64,000 nucleotides of DNA from Amphiscolops sp. MND2022 (Eukaryota): NCBI GenBank assembly GCA_964187785.1, contig OZ076413.1, positions 45,510,001 through 45,574,000 of the forward strand. The letters are read 5' to 3'. Positions within the stretch are counted from its first letter, which is position 1, and every line of letters starts with the position of its first letter. A program made the translations under genes and the position numbers. The notes beneath the pieces are model-generated. The model did not search any database. It worked only from the letters and a program-made list of their open reading frames with translations, and was not told the origin of the DNA. Shown one piece after another: positions 13,488-25,500 of this stretch.

Positions 13488-13834
13488 GGGTGGGCGGAAA
13501 TAGGTCGAAGGAACGGGATCGAAAATCAGAGTTAGTCCTCAGGTCGACATACCAAAATTTCTGATTGGGATCGAAACAACTCGGATCGAAATTTTCATAA
13601 CTTAGTCAGATATGTTCACATACCCCTAGTGCCCTGAATGCAGGAGCGAAGCGAAGCGGAGCGACGTGCCATATGGCCATGCCTCAATGTTGCTACTTGG
13701 CGAAGGGAGCGAAGCGACCGAGCCATACAATTACGATAAAATTTGACCGCATTCGATTCGATCCCTGCAATTCGATCAAAAGGTTCGACCTCTGTCCTTC
13801 CGACCAGAAAAATTCGACCTATTTACTGCCACCC
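13488..13834. mobile_element. MULE/Mutator-like MITE with 9-bp TSD, inserted in the Penelope element
   Basis: TIRs gggtgggcggaaataggtcgaa / ttcgacctatttactgccaccc. Perfect TSD gttttgtat at 13479-13487 and 13835-13843. Confidence 0.88.
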
Positions 13835-14374
13835 GTTTTGTATACCAGCTCGTGGACATCCTATCATCACGTTTTGAGATTTCCATGTCCAGAAACGGAA
13901 TTTTCTTTTCGACGCAGCGTTCAATTGTGAATCTCAGATTCGGAAGTAGCTGGTTAGTTTTCGCCAGTAATTGATCGATTTCTCTTGTCTTGATGGACCT
14001 GATATTATCATCCACGTACCTTGCGAAGACTTTCGACTCACCTTTGGTTCCAGAATCCATACAACCACAACCACGGAACATCGTCGATTTTCTTGAATTG
14101 CTTAAGGGTACTTGTCGCCAGATGTCAGACGGTCTGTCCGACATAGCTGGAGTTGCATCCAGGACATCGAATTTGATATACGACACAACTTGGTAGCTCC
14201 GGTGGGAAATCTGATTTCATGAAGAATAATGATAAATGATTCATTTTTCGTCCAATTTTTAAGTTTTTTCGTGTGTGAGAAGTCGTTTCAAGGTATCTTT
14301 GAGGATGGATTCACAAAAAGCTCTTGGATACTGATTAATTGACCAGATATCATTTTTACCGTCAATGTTACTGT

Positions 14375-14688
14375 CACTCGGTTTAAAAAAATTGTTAGAC
14401 CTCAAGTTGCTGGAATTTTTACCGATTTTAGACGTTACTCCCGTTTCCATAATTCTTGGATATTTGAGGCGTTTTCCAGATTTTAAACGTTATTCCTGTT
14501 TTTCAGTCGTTATTCCTTCTTTTAGACGTTGTTCCGCTTTGTAAACGTTATTCCTTCTTTTAGACGTTATTCCTCTTTTCAGTTTAGATGTTATACCTTC
14601 AGACGTTATTCCTGGTGGACCTTTGGACATTATTCCCTCCTCCAGAGAGAAAAGCAGTTGAACTAACTCAACTTGTTTTTCTAAAGTG
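14375..14688. repeat. Short element with an imperfect array of about 20-bp ttttagacgttattcc units and possible CAC...GTG termini
   Basis: Repeated (t)ttagacgttattcc units at 14425-14612; related units at about 8990-9090. Confidence 0.5.
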
Positions 14689-14846
14689 ACCCGCATGTAG
14701 GGGTTATCAGATTATATATATTTTTCATTAGTCATTTCTCTTCATTGTAGGAGTAACGAATATTTTCGACTGTTCGAAAGTCGTTTTACTCCCAATTGTT
14801 TTCCTGCATTGAAGCCTAATTGTTGTGATAAACTTATTAAATAGGG

Positions 14847-15734
14847 ATGAGCCAGCGAGGCATGGACCCTTCCGAGTGTCAACCCACGGACCCTGGCAGA
14901 GCACGCCTGGTATCCGAGTGCATCAACAAAGACTTCTACCCAACTGTGGATCAACTGGTTTCTTCGGAGGACAGCGTGGTCAACAAGCTTTATGGGCTGA
15001 TGCCAAAGAACAGTCTCATGTGCCTCCTCCGGGAGACTGTGTCTCAACTGCGAGCAGCTACGAGAGAAAAAGAAAAGGCAAAAGATGAGTCATTAGCTTC
15101 ATTTATTGAAGAAAAATTTGAAGCTCTTGAAGAAAAATTTGAAAACAAGATAAACCATCTAGCACAGGCAAATAGAGACGCCGAAGTTGTCAAAAACTCA
15201 TGGGCACAGATTGCTGAAACTGCAAACAACACACCTATTGATTTCAGACTCGTAGTAAAAGAAGCACTTGAGACCCAAAAGAAAGAAGAAGCAGAGAAAG
15301 ACCAACGTGAAATGAGCCTCATTATCTACAGGGCAGAAGAAAGCACCGAAAATGACGGCGAAAAACGCAAGCAACACGACAAGAAATTTTTTAACGATAT
15401 GTGCGTCGATGCCCTGGGCATAGGCGAGGTTAAAACGAAAGATATACGCCGCCTCGGTAAGATCGAAAAAGGCAAGACAAGGCCTCTCAGGATCACTTTC
15501 GAGACCAAAAGAGGAAAGGAACTTGTTATCGGAAATGCCAAGAAACTAGCGCATGCAGAATCTTACTTCAAAAACACGAGTATCAGCTATGACTACTCAA
15601 AAGAAGAACGCGACAAAATCAAAGAAAAGGTGGAAGAAGCCAAAGAAATGCAAAAAAATGATTTAAACTGGGTCTACAAGGTGCGAGGCCCACCATGGGA
15701 CCTGAAAATCAAAAAGTTCCAAAAGCACCAGTGA
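14847..15734 (+). CDS. LINE ORF1 protein (coiled coil plus RRM-like region), 295 aa
   Basis: Coiled-coil-rich N-terminal half, then SLIIYRAEE...RRLGK...RPLRITF...ISYDYSKEER, typical of CR1/L2 ORF1. Confidence 0.88.
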   Translation: MSQRGMDPSECQPTDPGRARLVSECINKDFYPTVDQLVSSEDSVVNKLYGLMPKNSLMCLLRETVSQLRAATREKEKAKDESLASFIEEKFEALEEKFENKINHLAQANRDAEVVKNSWAQIAETANNTPIDFRLVVKEALETQKKEEAEKDQREMSLIIYRAEESTENDGEKRKQHDKKFFNDMCVDALGIGEVKTKDIRRLGKIEKGKTRPLRITFETKRGKELVIGNAKKLAHAESYFKNTSISYDYSKEERDKIKEKVEEAKEMQKNDLNWVYKVRGPPWDLKIKKFQKHQ

Positions 15735-18625
15735 AAATCAAACAACAAAAACTCAACTGCTTCTACACAAATGCAGATCAGCTGAGAAATAAAATGTCAG
15801 AATTAACCTTGAGAGTGAGAAAAGAGAAACCAATGGTTGTCGGAGTTACCGAAGTCAAACCTAAGAATCACAATGTTATCGGCTCTGAAAAACAACTTCC
15901 ACCACAAGAATACTCAATTGAAAACTACGAAATGTTTCACAAGAACTTGGACAACAACACAGGAAGAGGTATGGCACTGTATATAAACAAAGCCCTAAAA
16001 GCTGACGAAGTGGTTTTGAACACGAAGTTCGAAGAATTCATCAGTGTCGAAGTACCCCTGGTGAATGATGACAAACTGCTCATAGTACAAATATACCGAT
16101 CAGACGGTGGAACCAAAGAAAACAATGGATTTCTCATAGACCTAATCAGTGAAGCTTGTTGCCTACAGTACTCACATTTACTTATCATGGGCGACTTCAA
16201 CTATCCCAAAATCGACTGGCAACTCCAATATGCTCCAGGTGAAAATTCTGAAGAAAACAATTTCATTGCATGTATTGAAGATAACTATCTTGTCCAACAT
16301 CTAGATGAACCAACTCGATTTAGAGGAGATGATGAACCCCACATAATAGACCTCATTTTCTCACAAGACGAAAACATCTCAGACATTGAATACCAAAGTC
16401 CCCTTGGTAAAAGCGATCACGCTGTCGTGAAATTTAACTACCATTGCTATTCTATTTCAAGAGAAAGACAGTATACAAGATTGTGCTACGACAAAGTTGA
16501 TTATGATGCGATGAAAGAGAAGGCTAGAAAAATAGACTGGGAAAGTGAACTACATAACGAGATGAACACTGAGCAGATGTGGGACGTTTTTCACAGTAAA
16601 GTAAAGCACCTCGAAGACGAATTTGTGCCAAAAAAGACCGTCAAAACGGGTAACATAAAAAACCACTCCTTCAAACTTGATGAAAATACGAGAAATTTGA
16701 TTAAAAAGAAGCATGCTCTGTCAAGAAAACTGGTAGCCAACCATATGAACCAAGAAGTGAGGAAAGAATACAACAAGATTAGAAACAAAGTAAAAAGTAC
16801 AATTAAAAAGCTCAAAAAACACTTTGAAACGGAACTTGTCAAGAAAGCGAAACAAAACCCAAAGGCGATATGGAGATACATACATTCAAAAAGCAAGACC
16901 GGGTCACAAATAGGCAAACTTCACATCGACCCAGATAACACAAAAACAGCCACCACCGACGATGATAAGGAGAAGGAAAAAATTTTTTCAAAGTACTTCA
17001 AAAGTGTTTTCGTCAATGAGCCTTCAGAAGATATCCCAACGATAGAGACAAGGTTCACGGAACATGAGATGCCACCACTTTTAATTACGAAGAACATGGT
17101 CACCAAAGTGCTTAGTAGTCTGAAAGTAGATAAATCACCGGGACTGGACGAAATGCACCCCAAAATACTGAAAGAGTTACAAGAAGAAATAGCCGATGGC
17201 CTAACAATTATCTTCAACAAGTCGCTAACAAGCAAAGAAATCCCTAGTGTATGGAAAAAAGCCAGAGTAGTAGCCATCTACAAGAAGAAAAACAAGAATC
17301 TCGCTTGCAATTACAGGCCTGTAAGCCTCACATCAATTGTGTGCAAGGTGATGGAAACAGTTGTCAGAGACCACATAGTAGAATATATGAAAAGTCAAAA
17401 CTTGTTTTCAAATAGACAATACGGGTTCATAAGCGGAAGAAGCACTACTCTACAGCTATTAGCAGTACTAGACGCCTGGACCGAAGCAATTGATGCTGGG
17501 CACTCCGTAGACGTCATATATTTGGACTTTCGCAAAGCATTTGACACAGTACCTCATCGCCGACTCATCGGAAAACTGAAAGCATATCATATCAATGACT
17601 CATTAATTGAATGGATCGAGTGCTTTTTAAGTGACAGGCAACAAATGATTACGGTGAATGGACAACACTCTGAATGGCAAGAAGTCCTATCGGGCATCCC
17701 ACAAGGTTCGGTGCTGGGACCAATATTATTCATAGTTTTTATTAACGACCTCCCATTAAGCCTAAAATCAAGTGAAGGTTTCATGTTTGCAGACGACACG
17801 AAGCTATACAAAACAATCGTGAAATCTGAACACCAAGATGAAATGCAGGAGGATCTGTACAATTTGGAAAACTGGAGCGATACATGGCTGCTCAGTTTCA
17901 ATCTGGACAAATGTATCAAAATGCACATTGGACCAAATAAGAAATTATGTAACTACCAGCTCTGCGGGAATACTCTGAGCAATGTAAAAGAAGAAAAAGA
18001 TATTGGGGTCACTATAGACGACGATCTCACATTCGAACCCCACATTCTGGAAATAGTGAAAAAAGCTAATAAGATGTGCGGTATGATCAGAAGAAACTTT
18101 GAGTTCTTAGATGCAGAACTATTCCCGCTTTTATACAAAACCGTTGTTAGACCCCACCTGGAATACGCAGCACCGGTTTGGTCTCCCCGCAAAATTGAAC
18201 TAATTAAAAAGATCGAAGGAGTACAGCGCAGAGCAACAAAATACATTCCAGGGATGTCAAACCTGACATACCCTGAGAGGCTGAAAAAACTAAAGCTGCC
18301 CACTCTAATGTACAGAAGACTACGCGGGGACCTCATAGAAGTGTATAAAATCATGAAACCAATTTACGACTCAACGGTTCGACCCGTACTGACTAAACAG
18401 AAAGATGTTGCTACCTACACTGGGCTTAGAGGATACACAACAAACCTGTACCCCAGACTTGGGCAGAAAGCTATCAGGAAACAATCCTTCTCAATCAGAG
18501 TTGTGGAGCATTGGAATAGCCTTCCCATTGAGGTGCAAACATGCGACACAGTAAATTGTTTCAAAAACCGAATCGACGAAATATATATTAGCAAAGACAT
18601 ATACTACAACTTCCCACACCTATGA
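15695..18625 (+). CDS. LINE ORF2: apurinic-like endonuclease plus reverse transcriptase, 976 aa
   Basis: APE motifs YTNA, VTE, MGDFN, IDLIF, SDH. RT motifs YRPVSLTS, DFRKAFD, GIPQGSVLGP, FADD. CR1-type C-terminus VRPHLEYA...RRLRGDLIEVYK. Confidence 0.97.
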   Translation: MGPENQKVPKAPVKIKQQKLNCFYTNADQLRNKMSELTLRVRKEKPMVVGVTEVKPKNHNVIGSEKQLPPQEYSIENYEMFHKNLDNNTGRGMALYINKALKADEVVLNTKFEEFISVEVPLVNDDKLLIVQIYRSDGGTKENNGFLIDLISEACCLQYSHLLIMGDFNYPKIDWQLQYAPGENSEENNFIACIEDNYLVQHLDEPTRFRGDDEPHIIDLIFSQDENISDIEYQSPLGKSDHAVVKFNYHCYSISRERQYTRLCYDKVDYDAMKEKARKIDWESELHNEMNTEQMWDVFHSKVKHLEDEFVPKKTVKTGNIKNHSFKLDENTRNLIKKKHALSRKLVANHMNQEVRKEYNKIRNKVKSTIKKLKKHFETELVKKAKQNPKAIWRYIHSKSKTGSQIGKLHIDPDNTKTATTDDDKEKEKIFSKYFKSVFVNEPSEDIPTIETRFTEHEMPPLLITKNMVTKVLSSLKVDKSPGLDEMHPKILKELQEEIADGLTIIFNKSLTSKEIPSVWKKARVVAIYKKKNKNLACNYRPVSLTSIVCKVMETVVRDHIVEYMKSQNLFSNRQYGFISGRSTTLQLLAVLDAWTEAIDAGHSVDVIYLDFRKAFDTVPHRRLIGKLKAYHINDSLIEWIECFLSDRQQMITVNGQHSEWQEVLSGIPQGSVLGPILFIVFINDLPLSLKSSEGFMFADDTKLYKTIVKSEHQDEMQEDLYNLENWSDTWLLSFNLDKCIKMHIGPNKKLCNYQLCGNTLSNVKEEKDIGVTIDDDLTFEPHILEIVKKANKMCGMIRRNFEFLDAELFPLLYKTVVRPHLEYAAPVWSPRKIELIKKIEGVQRRATKYIPGMSNLTYPERLKKLKLPTLMYRRLRGDLIEVYKIMKPIYDSTVRPVLTKQKDVATYTGLRGYTTNLYPRLGQKAIRKQSFSIRVVEHWNSLPIEVQTCDTVNCFKNRIDEIYISKDIYYNFPHL

Positions 18626-19389
18626 AATTGATCGTGCCGGAAGACCCCTTCAACTCAACTACACGTGTCGTGAGTTTGAGTTGCAACATTCAATCACACT
18701 CCAATGAAGAGTGATTGACATATAAGTCTTCAAAGTGATGGGCGTGATGTTCTAGCTTGCGGTTTTCAGGAGCTGCGGATAGACGAGGCGCTTTTCCGTT
18801 TTCTGCAATCTCTGGTCGCCAAGAAAATATCCCTGCAACAAAAACGAAGGAGTCCATAAGTGGGCCCGAGAGGCCCAAATTGGAAAACTCTTTACCTTTA
18901 CCTTTATTGAAACAGGTTCTTCGAAAAATTAATAATTTTAGTGTAGCTGATTTTGTTGAGAATCGATGGTTCAAAAAAGTCGATAGTAAATGCGAAATTG
19001 TCGAAAATTTTCAAAGCATGTTTCCAATAATCTTTCCACTGAATTCCCTCGATAGTGATCCTGACGGAAAGATGACCGGTATGCTGACATGACGGATGTA
19101 TATAACTGGATCCAATTTTCTAGATCTTAATTTGATTTCTGAGATGTATTCGATAATTGTTTAATGAAAAGCTTTTATAAAATGTTTGAGTCAAGGGAAG
19201 CAGTCGCGAACTATCACTTCATTTTCGAGTTATTTTTCTAGCTGTCAAGAAACTATTGACGCAATCCACTGAAATTTTGCATCTATTATGGAAATGATAC
19301 CTCAAATAGAATAATCAATTGTACTTTAAATTCTAGCGTGATGTTGATGTCTAAAAATTATGGTCCATAAATAATTTCAACCAGTCAGC

Positions 19390-19517
19390 TCAGTTCACGT
19401 GAGGCTCGTCCCTGCGGTAATTGTCGAGTGTCAAATTGCTTGTTTGAATAGCTAGTTCTGCGAACTCAACTTCGGGTCTTTCGCTCTCAGCGCTGACATA
19501 ATTCTCCAGAGCACCAC
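19390..19517 (-). CDS. NPLOC4: NPL4 probable last exon
   Basis: Acceptor tttgatcatag, phase 1, GGALENYVSAESERPEVEFAELAIQTSNLTLDNYRRDEPHVN*. Confidence 0.65.
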
Positions 19518-22500
19518 CTATGATCAAAAGTAAACAATTAGACTTTGGTTTAAGACTCTGCTCAACGGCACCAGTGAATACTTTTGCCAATTTTTGGCCA
19601 TCACGTCTTCACAAGCTGCAAGCCTAATTCCTCATTCGAAGTTTTTTCATTGAAATGTGGGTTCGTTACCCCTCCCCCCGGCCTAGTGGGTAAAATATCA
19701 CACGGGGAACGGGGAAAAAGTACCGCGCACATTAAAACCTTGAGAATGTGTTACGTGCCCTTACAACACAAATACGCTGGTGGTGTCGATACGCTGCTTT
19801 TTTCACACGGAGGAAAATTTTAAAATATCCAAATTTGCTTTGAGTTACCATTAATAAGATCCAGTAAATTGCTCCAATGTTGACTTTTTGAAACCCATTC
19901 CACGGCCTGAGCTTCGTTTTGTTCCCTGATGCATTCCAGCAAGGCTCCCATGTTGCTCTAAAGTTCATCACTGATGATTAATTTGCTATCAAATTGTGTT
20001 CAATATTTCATTGTCTGTTATTTACCCAAAGCGGAATTATATCCAAGCTGGTGAGGTATATGAGCAAGTGGAAATCGGATATTGCCATGAGGAATTCATC
20101 TTGCGTGAATTGGCACAAATATTTGTTCAAAGTTTCCAAGTCTTGTACTTCGTTCATGTGTTCTCGATTTTCAATTGGGAAGGGTTTTCTGTCATGAACT
20201 TTAAATGTGAATTCTTGTCTGAGCGGAAATTCTGCTGGAACCTAAAACAGTTTGTGAATGGGTTTCAGGTTTTGATTGTGAATTGATGAAATCTGCGCAA
20301 AACTAACAGATACTAGAATCTGGTCCACTGGTAGTGGTCTGGCGTTGTATTTGCGATGCACTCCATCTTGTCCGACAGTCTGAAATGTGAAATATTTTTT
20401 GTTGACATTTTCCGAACCTGTACTCTGCTATGAATGTCTACTTTGATATTATTCGTTTAGCCTCTTGTCATTTATAATTGCGTTCTGTCGTATATTTGTC
20501 ATAAGTTTGTCTCGCTTGTGCCCGAAAATATATTCTATGATCTAAAATACATGTCGAGTAGATATGAAGTGGCGAGAAGTACCTCAAAGTAAAGAGGCGG
20601 TATAGGTTTCTGTTCACTGGCCTCTGAGATCCATATCAGTTCGGGGCTCTCGGGTACCGCTGATATCAGTTCCTCTTTGACCAAAGCAGCGCACTGATCT
20701 GACACCATAAGTGCTTCAAAATGGATCTGGTTTGAGGTATCGCCTGAAAGACCAAAGTTCCCGATTTGAGCTGTCTATACTTCATTTTTTGGAATAATGA
20801 ATCGAGTGGCTCGTCTCTGTTCCCCCCACTACCTAATTTTTTGAAAAAAAATTGTGAAAATATCAAAATGAAAAGACTTGGTACTAAATTAGAAACCTTT
20901 ACTTTTATATTCATTCCCAGGATAACTGTAGAATTCAGATACAAACTTTGTTCATGCTATTTTTCCCTATGACGTCACTCATTTTTGATAGCAACGTCAG
21001 AGCTTCCTGTTTTGAGTCACAAAAAAGTTAATCTCGAATCAGTCAAAGTGAGTGAAAAATGTTTTGTTCAAACGAAAAACTATTAAATAGAAATGAACAT
21101 CCTGTTTTGGGAGACGATTTATCTTCAAATCAGGCCAGTTTGAAACTATTTTTTGAAATTTTCCATTTAAAAAAGACGGTGGGGAAGGGTGAACAGAGCC
21201 CATCGAGTTTTAGTGAGCCATACCAATGTATCGTTTCCACATTCCTAATCTCTAGCTCAAAATAAAAACTTCAAGTTTCGAGCAGTACCTTGAGCAGGCA
21301 TAGAGCAGTACTATGAGCAGGCATAGTTTTTGTTCGCCGCATAAATCAATCAATTTGGTATTACCTGTGACGCAAACTGTCACAAATTGAGATCCGTAAG
21401 TTCCACTTCTGCTTTTGTCACAGAATTTGGGGTTCTTGTTCTGAAGCTCACCCGCCATGATGCATTCTTCTGAACTCAGCTTGCTTCCTTCTCCCTGGAA
21501 CAGTTTTGGATTAAAATTAAATTGTCGAATAGCTAAATCGTTATTTGAGTTTCGTTTTACTTAATTCCTCTGGAGATTAAGTATTTCTTTAACTCAATCT
21601 TTTCATAGCTGAAGAGAATTTCTAGGTGGATCAAATGCCACCCTGTAAAAAAATAACAAGACGAGAACGCCTCAAGTCGGCGCTATATCTAAGGCTCAAA
21701 AAGCGCAAAACATTTTTTTTTGGAAAAAAACTTGAAATTTTCGGAAAAAAAATTTCTTTCGGGAAATGTCGCACAGTGCCGGAAAATGTAAAAGGGGGGA
21801 CCCTTTTTGATTTATAAACACGCATTCTGTAGCAAAATTTATAAACAAAAAACTCAAAGGGGGGACCCTTTGGGGACATTAAAAAAAATTCGAAAAAAAA
21901 TCTCACAGCGCCGAAAAAAAATCGAAAGGGGGGGGGGGGTGTACGAAACTTTAGTCCCGTCCGGGCTTGTATGTAACGTTGAAAAAGTAAATGAATGCGC
22001 TCCCCATGTTTGCCTTTAGCGGTCCAGTAGTTTAGTACTTTTAGTAGGTGAACGTTAATTTTAACGTTCGTCGCTTCGAGTCTGTCTTAAATAAAAAAAA
22101 AAGAAAAAAAAACGAGTGACTGTAATAGTCGGGCTCTTTTCTTGAGAAAAGCGCCGACTAAAAAGAGAGGCTAGTGCTGTTTCAAGTTGAATTTCAACCA
22201 ACATTTGTTTTTGTTTAAATCTAATCTGTTGAAATTCTCTACCGAAAGATGAAACAGCTGTTTTTGCTGCCGGTTTGAATACATTTGCCAAAATGATGAA
22301 TTCAATCAAAACTTGGGCTAAACACCCACGAGATCTTGGGCCAAGATGACAATCAGATTCAACTATGAATCAGTGACGGATGTCCATTTAAGAAACATGA
22401 TCGTGATGATGTCCATTTAAGAAAAATTATCAATTTTTCAAATGAATCATTTCAGTGTTCAGCTGAATGGTTTGAATCATTTTGGACCCGAAAGCATTGT

Positions 22501-25500
22501 TAACCGAATGGTGTGCAGAAATTTTGTCATCAAATTGGTTTAAAATTTAACTCTTCAAATATTCATACATGCAAATTCCTCGAATAATTACAGATTACCA
22601 ATTAGCTGCTGTTAGTGACTCGTCAGAAAAGCGTTTTTTATAAATTTTTTTATTGCAAAATGCTAACTAATTATGAATTTATTTTCATTAATTGATACGT
22701 AATTTTTTAGATAATGTGATTTTTGACATAATTCTTAGGAGTGTCTTCTATAGTTTACAGTGGACAGTGTAAGATTGAGAATTCCTTAAAGCGTTGAAGT
22801 ACTTCGCGTATTCTGAGCCATAAATGGGGCACCGACTTATGCCTTTTCCTGCTTGTTGTTTAAAATATAAATTCATAAAATTTGCAGTATACTTCGCTGA
22901 GGTTTTCTGTAACTTGCGATAAGTTTTCCATTGTAGTATTCTTGGCGATTTTTTCGTTCCGTAATTACGACAAGTTGTTTTTGACTAGAGGAAATTGCTA
23001 GATTTAATATTCAAACATTTTTTCTCACATTCCACTCCGAAGTTTCCTGAAACATTCATGAAACTCCAAGAGCGTTGTAAAGGCAAGTACATGAAATTTT
23101 GTGGAACTTTTGTTGTGACAATGTGGCCATTTGCCGCTCTTGACTTTTTTGAAATGCATGTTTTTTTCAACTCACATACTTTTCCGTTATAGCGCTATGT
23201 TAATCAGATGATAGCTTTGAGTCTAATTCAACTGATCGGATTATGACTGGGCTATTCAACAAACCGTTTTTGACAGAATTGTTTAACTAATTAACAACAT
23301 CACTGCTCCTATTTTCATGATTTTGAGGAACCTCCCAATGCATTTGTGGCAAGAAACTGAAATTCTTTGCAAGTCAAAGACTTTCGTGTAACCTTGTCTC
23401 GTGTGCATTTGATGACGTTTTCCCTCTCGGTTAGGAGGTCGGTGAAGATCCAGCCTATCTTCTGAAGTCCCAGCTGTCTCGCCAATGATTGCACTTGGTT
23501 GTCTTTCGTGTCCTCCAGCAGCTCAATATTCTGTTCAGTCGTCGACTAGAACAAATTGGTAGATTTTTGGACCATTTCACATTGAAACTGCAGTACAACT
23601 AACCGTAAGAAGTTTCTTCAGATCAGGTTTCTGACGTCGCTAATTTTAATCGCTAAACCGAAAGATTCGCAATCGCTGCTCTGGTCGTGCTTTTTTTGCT
23701 TCTTTCAGCTGCTTCATAACTACTGAATAGAAATATATATATTTTTTCCAAATAAGGAGACAAACTTGATCGCCAAAAAGCATCCGGTTGTTTATAGATA
23801 AAGCCAAAAAGCTGTGGATACCGATTTTTCGACCGTTTCGCGGGACTCACGCCGAAATCAACGCTTTTTGTGGATTTTATACAATCGCTTTGTTTATGCT
23901 AGTTTTCTCTAAACAGTGTGTATAGGAACATTGTTCTGCACACTCTTGAAAAATCGATAATGAAATGGCTACCGCTAAATCAGTTCGCTAATAAAATTTT
24001 CCCGTTTCGCTGATTCACTAAACTGCTACTAGCGATTAGTAATTGGCGGTTTCATAACCCCGCATCATTTTTATTATTTTCCGCCCACAAATGGGGGAGG
24101 AAAATCATGATCTGTGACGCGTTTTTTTACAAATTCTGCCAAAGCTCCACTTTATCTCCACTCCATCGAGTGAAGTGCACTTCACTTATTGCTTTCCCAG
24201 CCAGTAGGTCGTGGGTTCGAACCCGGGCTGGTGCTTGAAATTTTTTCGTGTTTCCCAGCCAGTAGGTCGTGGGTTTGATCCTCTCCTTCGCCATACTTTT
24301 TTTGCTATAAGAGTGTCGCGGAAAATATCCTGGTGCTCAGCGGGTGTCTTGTTATCTACATTGAATATAAAAATTGTATGTGGGGACCGGTTTGTAATCC
24401 CATTTTTCAAAGTCTGATTTCTCTGTTGATTACTGTGCGGAACGGTGGTAAATAAAAATTTCAAAACAATTGGGCTGCACATCCAATTGAAGTTTGTGAA
24501 AATTGACCTAAAAGTATTCGATTACCACCAAAAAGTGTGAATATGATTAAAAATTAATTTGTCGAAATGGTTCTGTCGCAACGGTTGAAAACATGCAATG
24601 TTCAGTGTTGAGAGACTGGTTGAAACTTTTGAACTGAAATCTTAAACTGTATTGGTTTGAAATTTTATTGCAAATAAGAAAATGTTTGATGATCACTTGA
24701 GAGATCACATTCAACTTGAGAGATTTGACCTGACCCGAATATCATCTACCTGAGGAGGTTCGTATATGGCGGACACAACAGCTCTGACCCCGTTTTGTAT
24801 TATCTCATGTTCTCTGTAGCTCCCATACATGTAACCCATACGCTGGTTCCCCGTTTTCCTCCATGCACGCACGAAACGTTCCACTATGAACTGGTTCTCG
24901 AACATGAGGTTGTCCACGTGTCTGTATATCTAAATAGTAACAATTATCAGAAGTAGCAGGAATCTGATATCGCTGTTTTCCCCATTGAACTACTAATCTC
25001 AAAATCACCTTCGCTGAAAATATTTCTTCAGGCAATCAAATGATTGACTTGAAAAATGCTTGAAAATTGAATAATTGTTTTTGGAAGGAGTTTTTAATTT
25101 GTTCGTTACAATGTTTCGAAATGCTTCCTGAAACGCAGTGAGTACACTGAAATTTTTTTGGTTGCCGCTAATATGAACTGGCACTGTAATCGCCGATTAA
25201 GTTCCGGCGCGGCCACTAATTCGCTGATTAGCGATTTTGAAGTTCGGATCAGAAGGTAACATTTATTCTGTGGAAACATTTATTTGATTGGTTTCAAGCT
25301 TTAACAAAGTTTTCGGTTTCTCTCGCTGCAAGTAAAGGAGATTTTGGAAGAATTTTGGAGTCAATGAGAATTTACTTGTTTATCAACTCCGATGAGTGAA
25401 GGATTGCACTTGCTGCATTTATTGTTGGGGTAGATTTCGTGCTGTGAACAGCCAATCAGCAGCGAGAATTTTATGGGCTCCAGAGGAAATCTGAAACAAG

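Larger units (their letters stand above)
12480..14360 (-). mobile_element. Decayed Penelope-like retroelement (RT plus GIY-YIG endonuclease) with internal duplication
   Basis: RT motifs ARYVDD and IPFLDMEI (13776-14186); GIY-YIG motif VVFQIQCPGCNSSYVGQTIRHLATR (12926-13228); C-terminus LLTFEALYIDRLAPALN. About 12985-13345 is partly repeated at about 14110-14360. Confidence 0.88.
14700..18660 (+). mobile_element. Full-length CR1-group LINE with two intact ORFs
   Basis: ORF1 plus APE-RT ORF2, both uninterrupted. Short 3' UTR ending in caactcaact. The 5' boundary is approximate. Confidence 0.92.

Noticed and set aside
15044..18600. Minus-strand ORFs over the LINE
   Set aside because: Antisense shadows of ORF1/ORF2 with no recognisable motifs.
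14665..18660. aactcaact as a target-site duplication of the LINE
   Set aside because: The left copy lies inside the neighbouring repeat element and the right copy is explained by the LINE's short-repeat tail, so it is not a convincing TSD.
24195..24290. tRNA gene (GGTTCGAACCC B-box; similar motifs at about 35252 and 39325)
   Set aside because: No complete cloverleaf could be folded; the motifs sit within dispersed repeats.
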